NCBI GenBank assembly: GCA_010909165.1
Contig: MU008176.1
Span: 1 to 64,000 of the forward strand
DNA length: 64,000 nucleotides
From: Anthoceros angustus
Taxonomy: Eukaryota > Plantae > Anthocerotophyta
Direction: 5' to 3'
The notes under the pieces are model-generated. The model ran no database searches and was not told the DNA's origin. It saw only the letters and a list, made by a program, of their open reading frames with translations. Below, piece after piece: positions 1 through 12,559 of this stretch. Position 1 is the stretch's first letter, and every line of letters begins with the position of its first letter. The translations under genes and the position numbers were made by a program.

Positions 1-329
1 TTGGAGTTCCCGTTGCTCCCCGGCTCCTCTTGGTACTGTTGGGGCCTTAGCAAGCTAGTTGCCTTGTTAGCAACCATGGTTGCTATAGCCAGTCACATTC
101 CTTTTCATGGACACTTGGACTTCTCACCTTCACTCCCGGTGCCCTTTGGAGATGGCCTCTTCCTCAGGCTCCTCTTTGGGCTTCCTTCTTTCAAACCGGC
201 CTCCGAGAAATGAAAGGTGAGACCATCTCCATTCCCTCCAGCCGCTTTGGCATGGTCAAAAACGTGGATTAAGAGGAGATGAGTGAGGGGCTAGGTGATG
301 GTAGGGTCAAGTGGTCCCTCTCACACCTG

Positions 330-770
330 TCATAGAACATCTGGCCCAATCTATCTTGGACCCTCTCACCACCTCATAGAGAGAGACAGGAAGTCTTGTT
401 TTCTTCGGCCTCCCGCACCATCATTTGGGCGTAAGAAACAAACTTCCACAGCCTTATCCTCCTTTGACCCGAATATAAGGCGCTCACCGATGCACAAGGA
501 GGCCGAGTGGAGAGGCTTTTGGATTGATCAACTGAGCTCAGACGGGACCTACACTTGTTAGTGATAAATATGAGCGCCATAGCCACAGTGTCAAACCCTA
601 GGTTTCATGCTAGGACTAAGCACATGAGTTGTATCACCACCATACGGGGCAGTGGGATCGTCAAAGTAGAGTATGTTAGCACAAGAAAACACTGGATATT
701 TACTAAGGCAAAATCCAAACACTTTCAGACGCATTTGGGGCTCAGTTCAACTATCCCTAGCTCTGTCATC
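330..770 (+). pseudogene. Ty1/copia RNase H fragment (degenerate)
   Basis: ORF 555-806 has SAIATVSNPRFHARTKH..IVKVEYVST. Upstream bases ~450-520 read as a frameshifted LSS..EYKALTDA.KEAEW. These are typical copia RNase H motifs. Confidence 0.75.
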
Positions 771-1754
771 TTCAAAGATTTATGCAGGACTATAACTTGT
801 CTCTAGTGTTTGGCACACCACACAAAATGGGTTTGCACCTTGGTGGCTTCCGCCACATCTTCCTTTAGGCCCTTCAGTCTTCACGTGATGCTGCCTTGGG
901 CTCATAGCCTTCCTGCACGTGTCACAGCACAAGGTACAGGTTATGTGGCTGCCTAGTGGATGAAGCATACAGAGATATCCAAGCGTAAGCAGCACACATG
1001 TGTTAGGTTTCCTTTCCTTACCGCGTACAGGCGTTTTCCACACAAAGGGCACAGCTGACTCCTGAAGGCACACACACGCTGCGCCTACTGGACCACGGGC
1101 GCCTGGCTGCATCACTTCTATGTCGTCAAAGGCTTGGTCGGCGGTTGCGGCTCTTTCCACGATTCTTCAACAAGCGAAGCTTGCACAGCCACCTCGCCCG
1201 CTTCACATCCGTGTTCTCCATCTCGGCAAGCGTTGCAAACATGTCTTCCACGATCGGCTAGCGAGAGGAGGCGGTGGGGTCCTCCGAGAGCTCTGACGAG
1301 GGCCTCGCCACCTCATCCTCCTCATCGAGTTGAGTTGGGCTCGGGATCCAAATTGTGATGCTTGGCTTTGATGCCCGGGAGAAGTGATTCAAGGTCAGCC
1401 ATTGAGCTGGGTTTCGGCGAGTGGTCACCGGAGCTGGTGGTTGGAGGCTGAGACAGTGCAGCGGCTGGGTTTCTTCTCCGTGTGGCTGTCGCTCCTGCCC
1501 GTCACGACAGCCCAGCGCTTGCTCTTGCAGTGCTGCGCCTAGGGCCATTGGCTGCAGAGTCACTTTGTCTGAGAGCTGGCGGGTCTTCATCCGTCGTCGG
1601 CGATTGCATGCCTAGCGGGAAGCATGCGGCTTAGAAGACCGTAAGCAGGGGCTCCATGTCTGCATACTAGGTTGGGTCTTGAGTAGCACAGGCGTAATGT
1701 TACGATGATGCTCGTGCAACCACATATGGTCATTTATATAAGCCATCAAGGTTT

Positions 1755-1986
1755 AGTGGGAGTGTTACGAATATGAAACCTTAGCATAGCTTATATAGTT
1801 ATCTAGTTTACTCAAGTTAAGTCATTAACCCAAGAGTCACCAGTTTTGTATTTAAAGAGACATCATTCACATTTTTTAATTAATTCAATGCTTTTGTCTA
1901 AGCACGCTTCCGCGTTTATCAACTACGTTCCCTCGACGAAAAGAACTTGAAGTCCAAGGATGATTCTACGTAGCGAGATGAGGTCA
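1755..1986 (+). mobile_element. candidate LTR preceded by polypurine tract
   Basis: AGTGGGAG (1755-1762) is directly followed by TGTTACG, and an AT-rich segment ends in ...GGTCA at ~1986. No second copy was found in the window. Confidence 0.3.
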
Positions 1987-2489
1987 TTGGTCTCGCCATG
2001 CTGCCAGGCGCATGGAGCTCCTCATGTACGAGAGGATGCATTGGCTTCTTGGGGTCATGAGACACCGTAAACAACTCGATCCCGTGTTAGGATCGGGTGA
2101 GCTTGGGCGGGCGTGGAACCCTCCTCCTTTGGTGGCCCACATGCGTGGTACAGCAGGCTTTGGGGCTGCGGCATCTCCCGAGGAGGAGGGTGGGCGGTGC
2201 CATCCCATCAACCGCATGATATGCTGCAAACTTCTTGCAGTGGCACCACCTAGCCACGTGGATGTGAGCCATGTGCAAGAAAAGGAGCATCACGCCAGCA
2301 ATACATTTAGGGGTTCTCTAGCCTTACTTGTGGGTGATCGTTCCTGACAAGCCCGATGACAATGTCCCCAAGCAAAACCTGAGACAAAGCAAACAAGTCG
2401 GCATCACCATGGTCAGCAAGAAATGGGGATGAGGTTAGTAGTGCTTGCGCGGCATGGTGAGGGGCCCCGATAGTGGATGCCTCCTCCCG

Positions 2490-2830
2490 CTACCCGCCCG
2501 CTTTGGTGCCTCGTCCACCCCCATTTCGCCCCTTCGCCTCTATCGTGCGGCGGGTTGGCCCGCCACCCTCTATCGTGCGCCCGTGACCCGCCCCACCACC
2601 CTCATGCTGCCGGGTCAAGCCCGCCCCGCCACCACCTCGGCAGGGCCTCGCTCGCCCGCCACCCCTCGCCGTGGCGCCCGGTCGGCTCGCCCGCCACCCT
2701 ACATGTGCGGCCGGGCCACCACCATCGTCTTGGCCCGCCCGCCACCCTACATCGCTCATGGGCGGGCCACCCTACATCGTCGTGACGGATCACCCTTACG
2801 TCGGCGGGGTCGGCCCTCCCTTCAGGTGCC
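2490..2830. repeat. degenerate GC-rich minisatellite built on CCCGCCACCCT
   Basis: About 10 recurrences of (G)CCCGCCACC(C)CT at ~25-35 bp spacing. This explains the overlapping Pro/Arg-rich ORFs. Confidence 0.55.
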
Positions 2831-4044
2831 CCTCGCCTCACCCGCCCGCCTCATTGTGTCCGTCGCCCTGCGAGCTGCGTGCCTACTGGATCTGGGGCCT
2901 CCATACTCGCCTTGAGTGTGGGCCTACAGGCGTTGCCCCAACTACACTCGGTGCCTTTTGTGCCTACTACGAGTTTGTGCTATATGCGGACCCATGTTCT
3001 ATCTTGTGCATGGGGTTGTTTGGCTCCCAAGTCCTCCCTCCTTCTCTCTCCCCTAGACAAGCTGCCTCATGTCCGTTCTGGCACTTTTTGCCCGCCCGAC
3101 CATAGGCTGCTTTGTTGGTTGCTCCACTCCTATCCTCCCTCTGCTACCCACCTCTTCCACTCCCTTGCATTGTTTTCACTGTCCATACTCAACACATGTC
3201 TGCTACTTGCTGGTGACAATACACTCGCCCTTCTTTGTGCTACAGCACCCGGATCTGGCCCTCCAAACACATCCCTCCTACCATGCACTAGCCTTGTCAC
3301 TCCCTATTCACCCAAGACCCTGCCCTACTAGCATCGCCTTCTCTAATGTCACATCACAGTTTGGTTACGCATCAAATAAAATTTTGAGGTAGGAAATCAT
3401 AGCATGGAATGGGTGTTGGCCTCACTCTTGCATTGCCTATACATGTACATGAGACCCGCCATTCTTCCATCGCCTTCCCAACTGCTTTCGCATTGCGAGC
3501 CTCCGTGCCTCAGCGTCTGGGGGCCTTCGTGCCTCGCCCGGCAGCCTCGCGTGCCTCGCCCGCTGCGCGTCCAGGTCGCCTCGCCTGGTCGTGCCTGTCG
3601 CCTCGCCCGCCTGCGTGCGGTGGCACAATACTGCCCGCCACCGCCCGCCTACGTGCTCGCCCGACCGCTGGATCGCTGCTGCCTGGGCGTGCTTCCCTGC
3701 TTGGATGCACCTGGACGCGCCTCCTCTGCTGCCGCACCGCTCGGTGAGGTTACTAAAGCGGATCTGAAAGGCGTGTCTTTGTGAAGAATAGTTTTGGCGA
3801 AAAGTGCCCCTCCCTCTGTCCTTTTTGGTATGCCATAGGTGACAACGGTGGTAATTTTCATGGTAAAGACATGGTCAGGATATTTTTTGTAGAATAAATT
3901 ATCAAAAAATAACTATTATTCGCCAGAAAAGGGTGAAAATACCCTTTTAGGGGTTAAAATATCATGGCGCGTCGAAATTTTTTTTTGCTTGCCAGCTGAA
4001 GTGGACACACTCGAGGAGCTGGCGCCGGAGGAGTAGCCTCAGAC

Positions 4045-4871
4045 ATGGAGTGCGCAGTGGAAGGCCTCATCGAGCAAGAGCATGTAGCTGCGTTGGAGGT
4101 TTTGCTGCAGGCTCTTTCTGGCCGCACCAAGGAAGTCATCAAGTCACACGAAATTCGGCTAAAGAGTGGGCCGAATTTAGGAGCTGTGCCGTCTGAAGTG
4201 CACCTTATCTGCGATCTCGCACAGGGCGAGGGAGTGTGGAAAGGTAGATGTAGAAGTCCATTTTTCCTCGAATTGGGTTTCTGCGCTTGCGAAGCAGGTG
4301 AGATCCCGGACCCTGCTCACGGTGATCTGCTGTTGTGAAGTCCGGCATGTAGGAGGCGCTCTCAGGGGAGCAGGAGCGGAGCAGCTGCCCGCTCTCGTGC
4401 GCCATGTGCTGGAGGCCAAAATAAGTCCTAACGCCCTGCGCTTTCTATATGTCCTGGGATTCAAGCTCGACTCTGAAACGCTCAAAACCGGCTCCTTGTT
4501 CCGTTTTTTCAAAGGAGTGCCAATCACTGCCTCGGTTACAGCAGTGCACAAGATACCTAAGTTGCATTCCCTTAGTGATGCCAGTCAGTGCAATCCAGGT
4601 GTGATACGATGCCGAATTAATTTTCAGAGGCAGCGAAAGGCGGTGATCTGACACCTTGATGCTTGATTGTGTGTTTGCAGGAATTTACTTGGTTGAGGTG
4701 AGAGCCACTTCCACCGTGGAGAATTATAACGAAGCGGTGGCTGCAATGTCTGCTTTTGCCGAGCTCGTAGCTCCCCTCATAACCTTATCCAAGCCAGGGG
4801 TAGTATCTGCATTTGTTCCAACCGCTACTACTGCTGCAGCTACACTCATATCCAGAGAGGCCATCAAGTAG
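4045..4871 (+). CDS. MED18: Mediator of RNA polymerase II subunit 18; exons 4045-4243, 4341-4598, 4681-4871
   Basis: The spliced product MECAVEGLIEQEHVAALEVLLQALSG..KSGPNLGAVPSEVHLICDL..W-K-VRHVGGALRGAGAEQ..SPNALRFLYVLGFKLDSE..ENYNEAVAAMSAFAELVAPLITLSKP..VPTATTAAATL matches plant MED18 along its length. GT-AG introns keep the frame. Confidence 0.95.
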
Positions 4872-5040
4872 AGAGGTGATAAGTGACGTTCATGAAATGT
4901 GATCTTGCGATGTTGACTATGCCCATTCAGCACTTTTTTTTCACACTACGAAGGGTTTACACTGACTCCGAAATACAAGGTACACGCGGGTGCACCATCC
5001 TCCGGCCCAATCCAGCTCATTCGAAACCCAGCAGCATGCT

Positions 5041-8000
5041 TCAGCTGTCATGCTCGGCTTCCTGAAGGAGGATCTCATAGATATCTGTGCGGATTCTCAG
5101 ATCCTTGTCGCGCATGATCTCCAAAAAATCAGACTGCTCTTTCGCACTCAGGACAGACTTCAGCTTCTTGAACCCGTCCATCCACAAGGACTTCGACCTG
5201 CAACGAACATGGGAGAAACAAGAGGATACTCACTGAATTATGCAGCCCTTGACCAAAAATTCCAGATCATGATTTGAGAGACAAGATTCAGAGCCTTGCA
5301 CTGCCATCAAAAGCATCCTCAGGATGGGTTTACCAGGGGCACGCATGAATTGCTCGAAAGAACACCCTGCGTGCAGCATCTGGGTTGCGGGCTACTTGAA
5401 GCTCGTATGCCAGGTATAATCTCCACAGAACAACAGATTGTTCGGTTGGGCTGCGCTCAAGTGCTCTTTCAAGGAAACCGAGTATCCTATGCCCTGAAGT
5501 GGATCTTCCAAGCTCACAAGATATCGCAAAAAGCCCCAGTATTGTCGATGGAGTCCTGCAAAGAATCAATATACTGTTCAGCTGCCACTGGAAAATAGGA
5601 GAGTAGAACGCACTGCCAGCTAAGACAAAGGCAGAGAGCAACCCACCTGTTCATTTCATCATCAAAGAACCTACGGAGGTTGCTTATGAGACCACTGTGG
5701 CGAACATATACACCCAGAAGCCTCGGATTGAGAGGATACTGTACAAGTCCTCGTAACGCAATTCGACGAACAAGCGCTGGCTTCACAAGCTGTTTGCTAC
5801 CTTCTAGCATCTCAGCATAGCGTACAAAAAGCTTTTCACATTCCAGGCTATCTTGTCTTTTAACTGCAACAGACCGCAATCAGCAATTGGTTGTGACTGC
5901 GGATTTGTGCTAAGTGTGCAGTAAACAACTCCACTGGTTCAAAGAAAGGGATGAGGAATTACCCGGTAGGTTCATTGCAAGGCTGTCCTCAAATATGGAC
6001 GAAGCAGCTTCCCAGCCTGACCTGACGTGATCAAACATGGCAGCACAAGTGATGAGAGCTGCTCCTCTTTCTGTCAACTCAGCTCCATGACATGACTGTC
6101 TTATCATGTGGAGCTGCTCGCTGTATCCCCTCCGAGCCCTCAGTATGACTGCACCTGGTACTCCACCAGATTCAGAGAAGGGGGTGAACGTTCCTCCAGC
6201 TCCTGCAGAGCAAAGTAGATGCAAAACACGCTGATTGGCAGTGGGTAACCCTTGCCATATGTCCTGACCAGCCAGCTGAGCCATCTCGATTTCCACATAG
6301 GAGAGATATAAAATGGGAGCATCCAGCTGGGCCTCCTGTACAGACCAAAGTCAGAAGTGCAAGAGACAAGAGACAAAGGAGGCCATGGCCTCACATCACG
6401 TGAAACAAACACGTTACTGTGAAAAAGGATTACCATTGAAATGGCAGGAAGGGATGAAAGAGTTGTGTCAAACACGCGTCGTGCCACTTCTATGTTTCCA
6501 AATGAGGCTTCTGTGCGGCCATATACACCCAAAAGCAGATGATCCTGCCATTACAGAACATGAAAACAGAATCAAATTCTTCCACCCCGCAAAGTTGTCC
6601 ATGTTGCCTCATTTCATCCGCCAAATGAGTATCTCTTGCCTGGCGATGTGTTTTGAGCAGCTTCTTGGCTAAGGCCCGTGTAGAGATTTCAGCGTTCTTG
6701 ACATGTCCCTCGGCTGCTGCGGTTGCTATGCCTTCAAATTTGAAAAGCAAGTGTTGTATGCCCTGATGATGAGAGCAGAAAGGCCTGAGAAGCTTCAGGC
6801 AATTGCATACAAAATTAGCCCGTCCTTCACCCTGCTGAAACCAGTCAGCATTTCCAACAAGATGTTCCAGCAAAACATCCTCTGACTGCGTGTTTCCTTC
6901 ACCAGCATCAAACCCTCGGAATTCCTTAAGTAGAGCGAATGACAGACTCTCAGTTGCTTCCCATCTACCCTTGAAAGATACAGAGTTCGTACAGCACCTG
7001 CACAGAAGACTGGAAACTCAGTGTTCCTCTGTGCCATGCATGATCATCTACAAACTATCATGAAGAACTATCTCTGTGTTCACTCACCACTGAGATAGAG
7101 GCCCTCCACAGAAATCAATGAATTGTCCAACAAGGCTGAAACGAGCCTGCTCAGTTTCCAGTGAAAAGAGGCTCTCTCTAATATCCTCAAACAACACCAT
7201 GCTTTCTAGTTGCTCATCCTCGGCATTCGGTTCATCAACTGCTGCGCCCTTCCCTGCTCTTCAATGGCAAAAACTTTTCAATCACAGTTGAACCATAACA
7301 CATGCACACAGGGTTCTGCCACACAATGTACACAGAGAACGACCACAACAGCGTTTTTTGACAAACACACAAACAGGCTGACTTCAGCGTTGCTGACCTC
7401 CAAATAGCACACACGCATGGCCAAAACAGCAGTTGCAGCAATGGTCCTTCTCAGCAATGCTAAGGTAACCCTTACCAAGATTTTTCCTGACTGGTAACCA
7501 TTGTAGACTGCCTCGTCTTGTTTCTTCCTCTGACCACCTCTCCCAAACAATTGGATCGTCCACTGGAACCTCCTTTGATAAATCTAAGCTCAAACCTAAT
7601 TTCTCAAGTAGAGCCGCTTCATCCTGTATGGCATTCGCCTCCATATCTTCCAAATTATTCCCAGTCGTGTCTAGTTCTTCATCAGGAGCCCTTCTTGACA
7701 GGCCATCCCCTTCAGCTATGCTGGAGACTTCAGACCAGCCTGTCCAACCACCAACGTCGTGGGCTTCCTCATCTGCTTCTCTCTTTTTGGCTGCTTGGAG
7801 CTGCTCCTCTTCCTTCTCCAACCACAGTGCCCACCCTAACGCACCATCCTCGCCAATTCGTGAGGCACCACTGTCCCAAAATGCCTCAAACAGCCTTTGC
7901 TTACTGTGCTCACTTAATTGAATAGGAGGTGCAAAAATTGCAAACTCCAGCTGTGCCTGAAACATGCCAATCGCCAGCTCATGATGGCCTGTTTGCCATT

Positions 8001-9908
8001 CAAACCGAGCTAAGTCCAGAAATATGGACACCATTGCTTGTTCAGAATCCACATGTTCTTGACTGCTGGCAGTGTTTCCTGCTTTCTGCGAATGCGGACA
8101 TGTTTTCCATCAATGTCTGCATGTACATCTGCTTGCCCACTGTCTCAACAAAACCATTAAAGGGCTTACCTTAGAGCGCAGATGGTTGTAGACAGCAGAT
8201 AGAGCATGCAGAGCTTCAAGGTACCGCCTTCGCATTGCAGAGGCGGAAAACTGAGAAAACTGTGCTTTGTGAAAGCACAGATATTCCCTCCACATTCGAT
8301 AACTTCCTGGATGCCTTCTTACAGCCTGCTCCCACTTGGATAGCAGCATAGAGGTATCTAAACGTTTTCTGCAAGTTTCCAAATAGAGAAGCAAAAGGTC
8401 TTCACTTTCTGGATGTTGCTCAAGAGCTCTCTCCAAGATACATATCTTCTTGTCAATGGCTTGCTGGATGGCAGCTTTTTTGTGAGCAGACTGTGCAAGT
8501 TCGTCCTGCCAAAAGGATCCAAGCCGCATCCTGCGTTACGTGTCTATTGCAACTTGTATTATCATAACCACCACTGCAAGAAAGTCAAATGATACCTGTA
8601 ACAGTGCAAAGGCAATCCACACAGATTCGTCATGTGGCTTTTCACGAGTCAGCTGATTGAATTCCTTGGTCTTTCGATTCAAGGATTCCTCCCAGCTCTC
8701 CTTCACCTCACACCTGAGCTTCTGCTCATCTTCCACTTCCAAAGAAACGTAGGCATTCTCTACAAAAGTCCCCTGAGTCTTTCCTGCTCCTTGTGTTGGA
8801 GGCGAGTAAATACGGACACGTTTAAGATTGCTCTGTTTCTCGAGTGCCACAATTTTTGGATAGAAATAGCGAGTCACAGGTTTCAAAATGCCTTCCAGAT
8901 CAAAAGAATTTTCATCCTCCTCCGTAAAATCGAACTTGCGCTTTCCAGCCGAAAGCTGAGTTCCATGTGTAGCTCCATCAGTCCAACGACGTCGGTAGTT
9001 GGCCACATCCATCCTGCATGAAGTGAAGAGACACATAAGTTTGTATAACTACAGGAGATTACACAGGGCAGCACACATGTGTAGCATTGGCGAACTAAAA
9101 ATCCTACCTATAAAGAGACCCAAAGGCAAGATTGTCCCTGTCCCCCCGGATATCAAAGTAGTATTCTTTCTGAGCAACAATCTTCGAATCAGCCCAAACA
9201 GAAACGGCAGTTTTCCTCTCCACAGAGGTCCCTTGCAAAGACCCAATGGCTTTTTCATCCACGTAGCTGACGCCCTTCTTGTGTCGAGCAGACCTTTTTT
9301 CCTCTTCTCTCTTCCGTCTTCTCCCTTTTCTCCTTTTATGATGCCGACGATCCTCTGCTTCATCGCTATCATCCTCCGAAATCTGCTCCTGTAAGCCATC
9401 AGCTGCAGCAGAAATTTCACCAGCTTGGACTACACCCTCAACCTGTCCTAGACTCTTTGCAGGCACAGATGGGGCAGGGACAAGGGTCTCCTGGAAGCTG
9501 AAATTCCGAAGCCACTCCGGAACATCTTCCTGGGATAAACCAGCTCCCTGATGCACGCAACCAATCCTTCAGTTGTCATCCCAGCCATCGACAACCTAAC
9601 CTAAAACCATCCACCCTGCCACTGACAACAATTCTCGAGTCTCAAACAGCATTGCAATCAAAGGCTCTGAAGAAACAGGACAATTCACTTACAGTTGCAG
9701 AGGCCGGAAACAAAGATGAAGCAGCAGCAGCAGCTGCTGGAGCTGAAAAGGACAAGAAAGATGAGAATCTGACTGCACCCGAATCCTGAGGTGGGTTCGC
9801 AGATGCGTTGCCTGTTTCTTGCGGCCGGGACACGATAGGGAACAGGGACGGCACTGCCCCCGCTTCCGATTCCGCGCCGGGAGTGCACTCGCCATCTCCA
9901 GACGCCAT
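5041..9908 (-). CDS. NRDE2: nuclear exosome regulator / NRDE-2 homolog, multi-exon
   Basis: Exonic motifs PSLFP (exon 1, 9693-9908), EWLRNFSF, KEYYFDIRGDRDNLAFGSLYR|MDVANYRR, KTKEFNQLTREKPHDESVW, KKICILERALEQHPESEDLLLLYL, HELAIGMFQAQLEF..FEAFWDSGASRIGEDGALGW, RRVFFRAIHACPW|SKSLWMDGF..EIMRDKDLRIRTDIYEILL. Stop TGA at 5043-5041. Confidence 0.93.
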
Positions 9909-10112
9909 AGCCTCCAAACACAAGAGTAAACGTAATTACCGGGAAGTACATTGCATGGGTGTAACGTGGACGCTTACGAATGGTCGGAATCGGTGAGTGG
10001 CATCCAAGCGTTCTGCCGGCCTCGTGTTCCCCACTGGAGCGCTCTCCATTTGTCCCTGTCAAACAGACTTCACCATTGTTCATGGCTGCAAGATTGAAGG
10101 AGAGACCTTGAA
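9909..10112. promoter_or_regulatory. putative bidirectional promoter NRDE2 / VTE4
   Basis: Only ~204 bp separate the divergent start codons at 9908 (-) and 10113 (+). Confidence 0.6.
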
Positions 10113-11683
10113 ATGGCTGCCAAACTGGGCTCTGTAACCCACTCTGGAGCCTATAGGCAGCCAATTGTCCCGCGTGCTGCCTCTCAGCGCCTGCGCAGAT
10201 ACTCACGAACAGCCAGAATGGCGGGCTCACCTCGGGGTAACCGGAGCTTGGTGAGCACCCATATCCCCAGAGCTGCTGCCTCGGAGATGGGCACTACCTC
10301 GGACCTCAATGCGGGGATTGCCAAGTTCTACGACGCTTCCACCCCGGTTTGGGAGGACATGTGGGGAGAGCACATGCATCATGGGTACTACGACACCCAG
10401 TCTTGGTCCCTCACCAGTTTTTCTGCAGCCGATAGCCGGCAGGCCCAAGTTCGAATGATTGAGGAGACTCTCACCTGGGCCGGCATATCAGGTGGGATGT
10501 GGTAGTTAGTCATGTACGATTGATTGGAGAAGGTGGATAAGTTGCACTCGGTGCTTATCATTGTTGCAGTGTGACGCACAGATCAGGAGGGAGAGAAGCC
10601 CAAAACGGTGGTGGATGTGGGTTGTGGAATTGGTGGCAGTGCCCGTCATCTGGCAATCAAGTATGGTGCTACCGTGAAGGGTATCACGTTGAGTCCAGTC
10701 CAGGCACAAAGAGCCACTGATATTACTGCCTCCCAAGGGCTGGCAAATCAGGTGTGAGCTGGGGACTGTCTTGCTGAATGATGGGTGGGTTCATGCTGGC
10801 CTGACAGAATTTTTCTGGTTTCTTGCTGCAGGTTTCCTTTCAGGTGGCTGATGCATTGAATCAGCCTTTTCCAGATGGGCAGTATGATCTAGTTTGGTCC
10901 ATGGAGAGCGGAGAGCATATGCCTGACAAGCAGAAGGTTGGAGCTCTTCCTCCAGAGGTGCTGCCATGCTTTCTATCCTGATTCTGACACCTAGCGCTAC
11001 AGTTTGTTCAAGAGCTAGCACGAGTGACTGCACCTGGTGGGAAGATTATTATCGTGACTTGGTGCCACAGAGACTTGCTGCCTTGTGAAGCATCCATTAC
11101 AGCGAGTGAAAAGGTAGGTTTGAAACATGACTCCAGCATTTGGCTCCTGGCTCCTCTTATCCAGAACTGCGATAATCGTGGTGGTCTTTTGGTTGTTGCA
11201 AGTAGGCCTTGCTCGACAAAATCTGTGATGCGTATTACCTGCCTGCCTGGTGCTCAACGTCAGACTACGTCAAACTTGCCGAAAGCGCAGGGTTGTTGGT
11301 GAGTGGCCGACCTTGAGTTCGTATCGCCGTTCTCCTGTTGAGGCTAGCTAATGCTGTTGCATCATCCTCACAGGAGGTCAGATCTGCTGATTGGTCTGAC
11401 AAAATCACACCTTTCTGGCCAGCCGTAGTTGCATCTGCTCTCACCTTCAGAGGCTTCGTGGGTCTTATCAAGTCAGGTTAGGCCTCACCTGTTGCCCCTC
11501 GCTCAACCTGTCAGAAAATTCAAGCTTTTTGAAACATTCATATTATCTTCCAGCTAAGGCTAGCACACTGCTCCTGCAGGCTGGACCACGATCCGTGGTG
11601 CCATTGCCATGGCCTACATGATTCAAGGCTTCCAAAGAGGGCTCATCAAATTTGCTCTCATCACAGGGCAGAAAGCACAGTAA
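10113..11683 (+). CDS. VTE4: gamma-tocopherol methyltransferase; 7 exons (10113-10491, 10582-10751, 10832-10936, 11003-11113, 11206-11298, 11374-11476, 11580-11683)
   Basis: Transit-peptide-like N-terminus, then GIAKFYDASTPVWEDMWGEHMHHGYYD, VVDVGCGIGGSARHL, GITLSPVQAQRA, VADALNQPFPDGQYDLVWSMESGEHMPDK, APGGKIIIVTWCHRDL, LLDKICDAYYLPAWCS, FWPAV, GWTTIRGAIAM..GLIKFALITGQK. GT-AG introns are in frame. Confidence 0.95.
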
Positions 11684-12309
11684 TAGAGGGCACAAGATTG
11701 CTGATGTCTCACCCCTGTTCTTCAAGATTCTGCAACTGGTATGAGTCCCTATCTTGCTCCCGGACAGGACAGGAAACTTACATTCATGCTAGGGATATGC
11801 CGCTGCTACTCGAAGTACGTCTACTTGCCACCTAAGATGCAAGGTCGTGGAGGTAACTCATGAGAAAACAGCACATGTACGCAGCATTTGGAAACAGACA
11901 ATGTGATAGAGCCCTTTTGAATCCAACTTTAATTGGGAAGGTGGGCCGTCATACACATTAAACCGGCGAGTGCCAATTCAAAACTCTGGCCAGGACAGTG
12001 AGAGCATAGCTGCAGTCCATGTCTGCGACTTCAACAAACCTTCCCTCGAAAGCATGATAGCGTCATGGCCCTTGAATGCAGGAGTAGCTTTCACAATGAA
12101 AGCAACAACCTGCCGTGACAACCATGACACCACGATGCGGTTGGACCACGCCTGACTTTGACAGAGCATTGCCGATGGGAGCTAATACATTGAGTTAGGC
12201 GGCACTCTTGGGAAACCGCGAAACATGTACGATTATCATCCATTCGGCCGCAGCGGATTAGAACGCGTCTCAAACTCGATTGAAACGACTAACATCTCTG
12301 GCCATGCGT

Positions 12310-12552
12310 TCGCCATCCATGCGCCACCCATGCGGTAACCCATCGACATGTCTTCGTCATCCATGCGCTTGGCGACGAACGCGGAAACCCATGCACATGC
12401 CTTCGCCATTCATGCGCCATCCATGCGGAAACCCATGGATAGGCCTTCGTCATTCAAGCGCCACCCATGCAGAAACCCATGGACATCACTTCGTCATCCA
12501 TGCACCACACTTGCAAAAACCAATGGCATGCCTTGGGCATCCATGCATCTTG
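12310..12552. repeat. ~44 bp tandem minisatellite, ~5.5 copies
   Basis: Unit approximately TCGYCATCCATGCGCCACCCATGCGGAAACCCATGGACATGCCT, repeated with substitutions. Confidence 0.75.
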
Positions 12553-12559
12553 AGCAACA

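Noticed and set aside
780-1600. Possible gag or zinc-knuckle ORFs on the minus strand
   Set aside because: The Cys/His spacing does not fit CX2CX4HX4C, and there are no supporting domains nearby.
2445-3784. Pro/Arg-rich ORFs as proline-rich or extensin genes
   Set aside because: They overlap in all frames on a GC-rich minisatellite or TE relic, with no signal peptide or SPPPP periodicity.
10113-11683. VTE4 as a third DNA methyltransferase
   Set aside because: Its motifs (WGEHMHHGYY, WSMESGEHMPDK) and transit peptide identify a small-molecule tocopherol methyltransferase.
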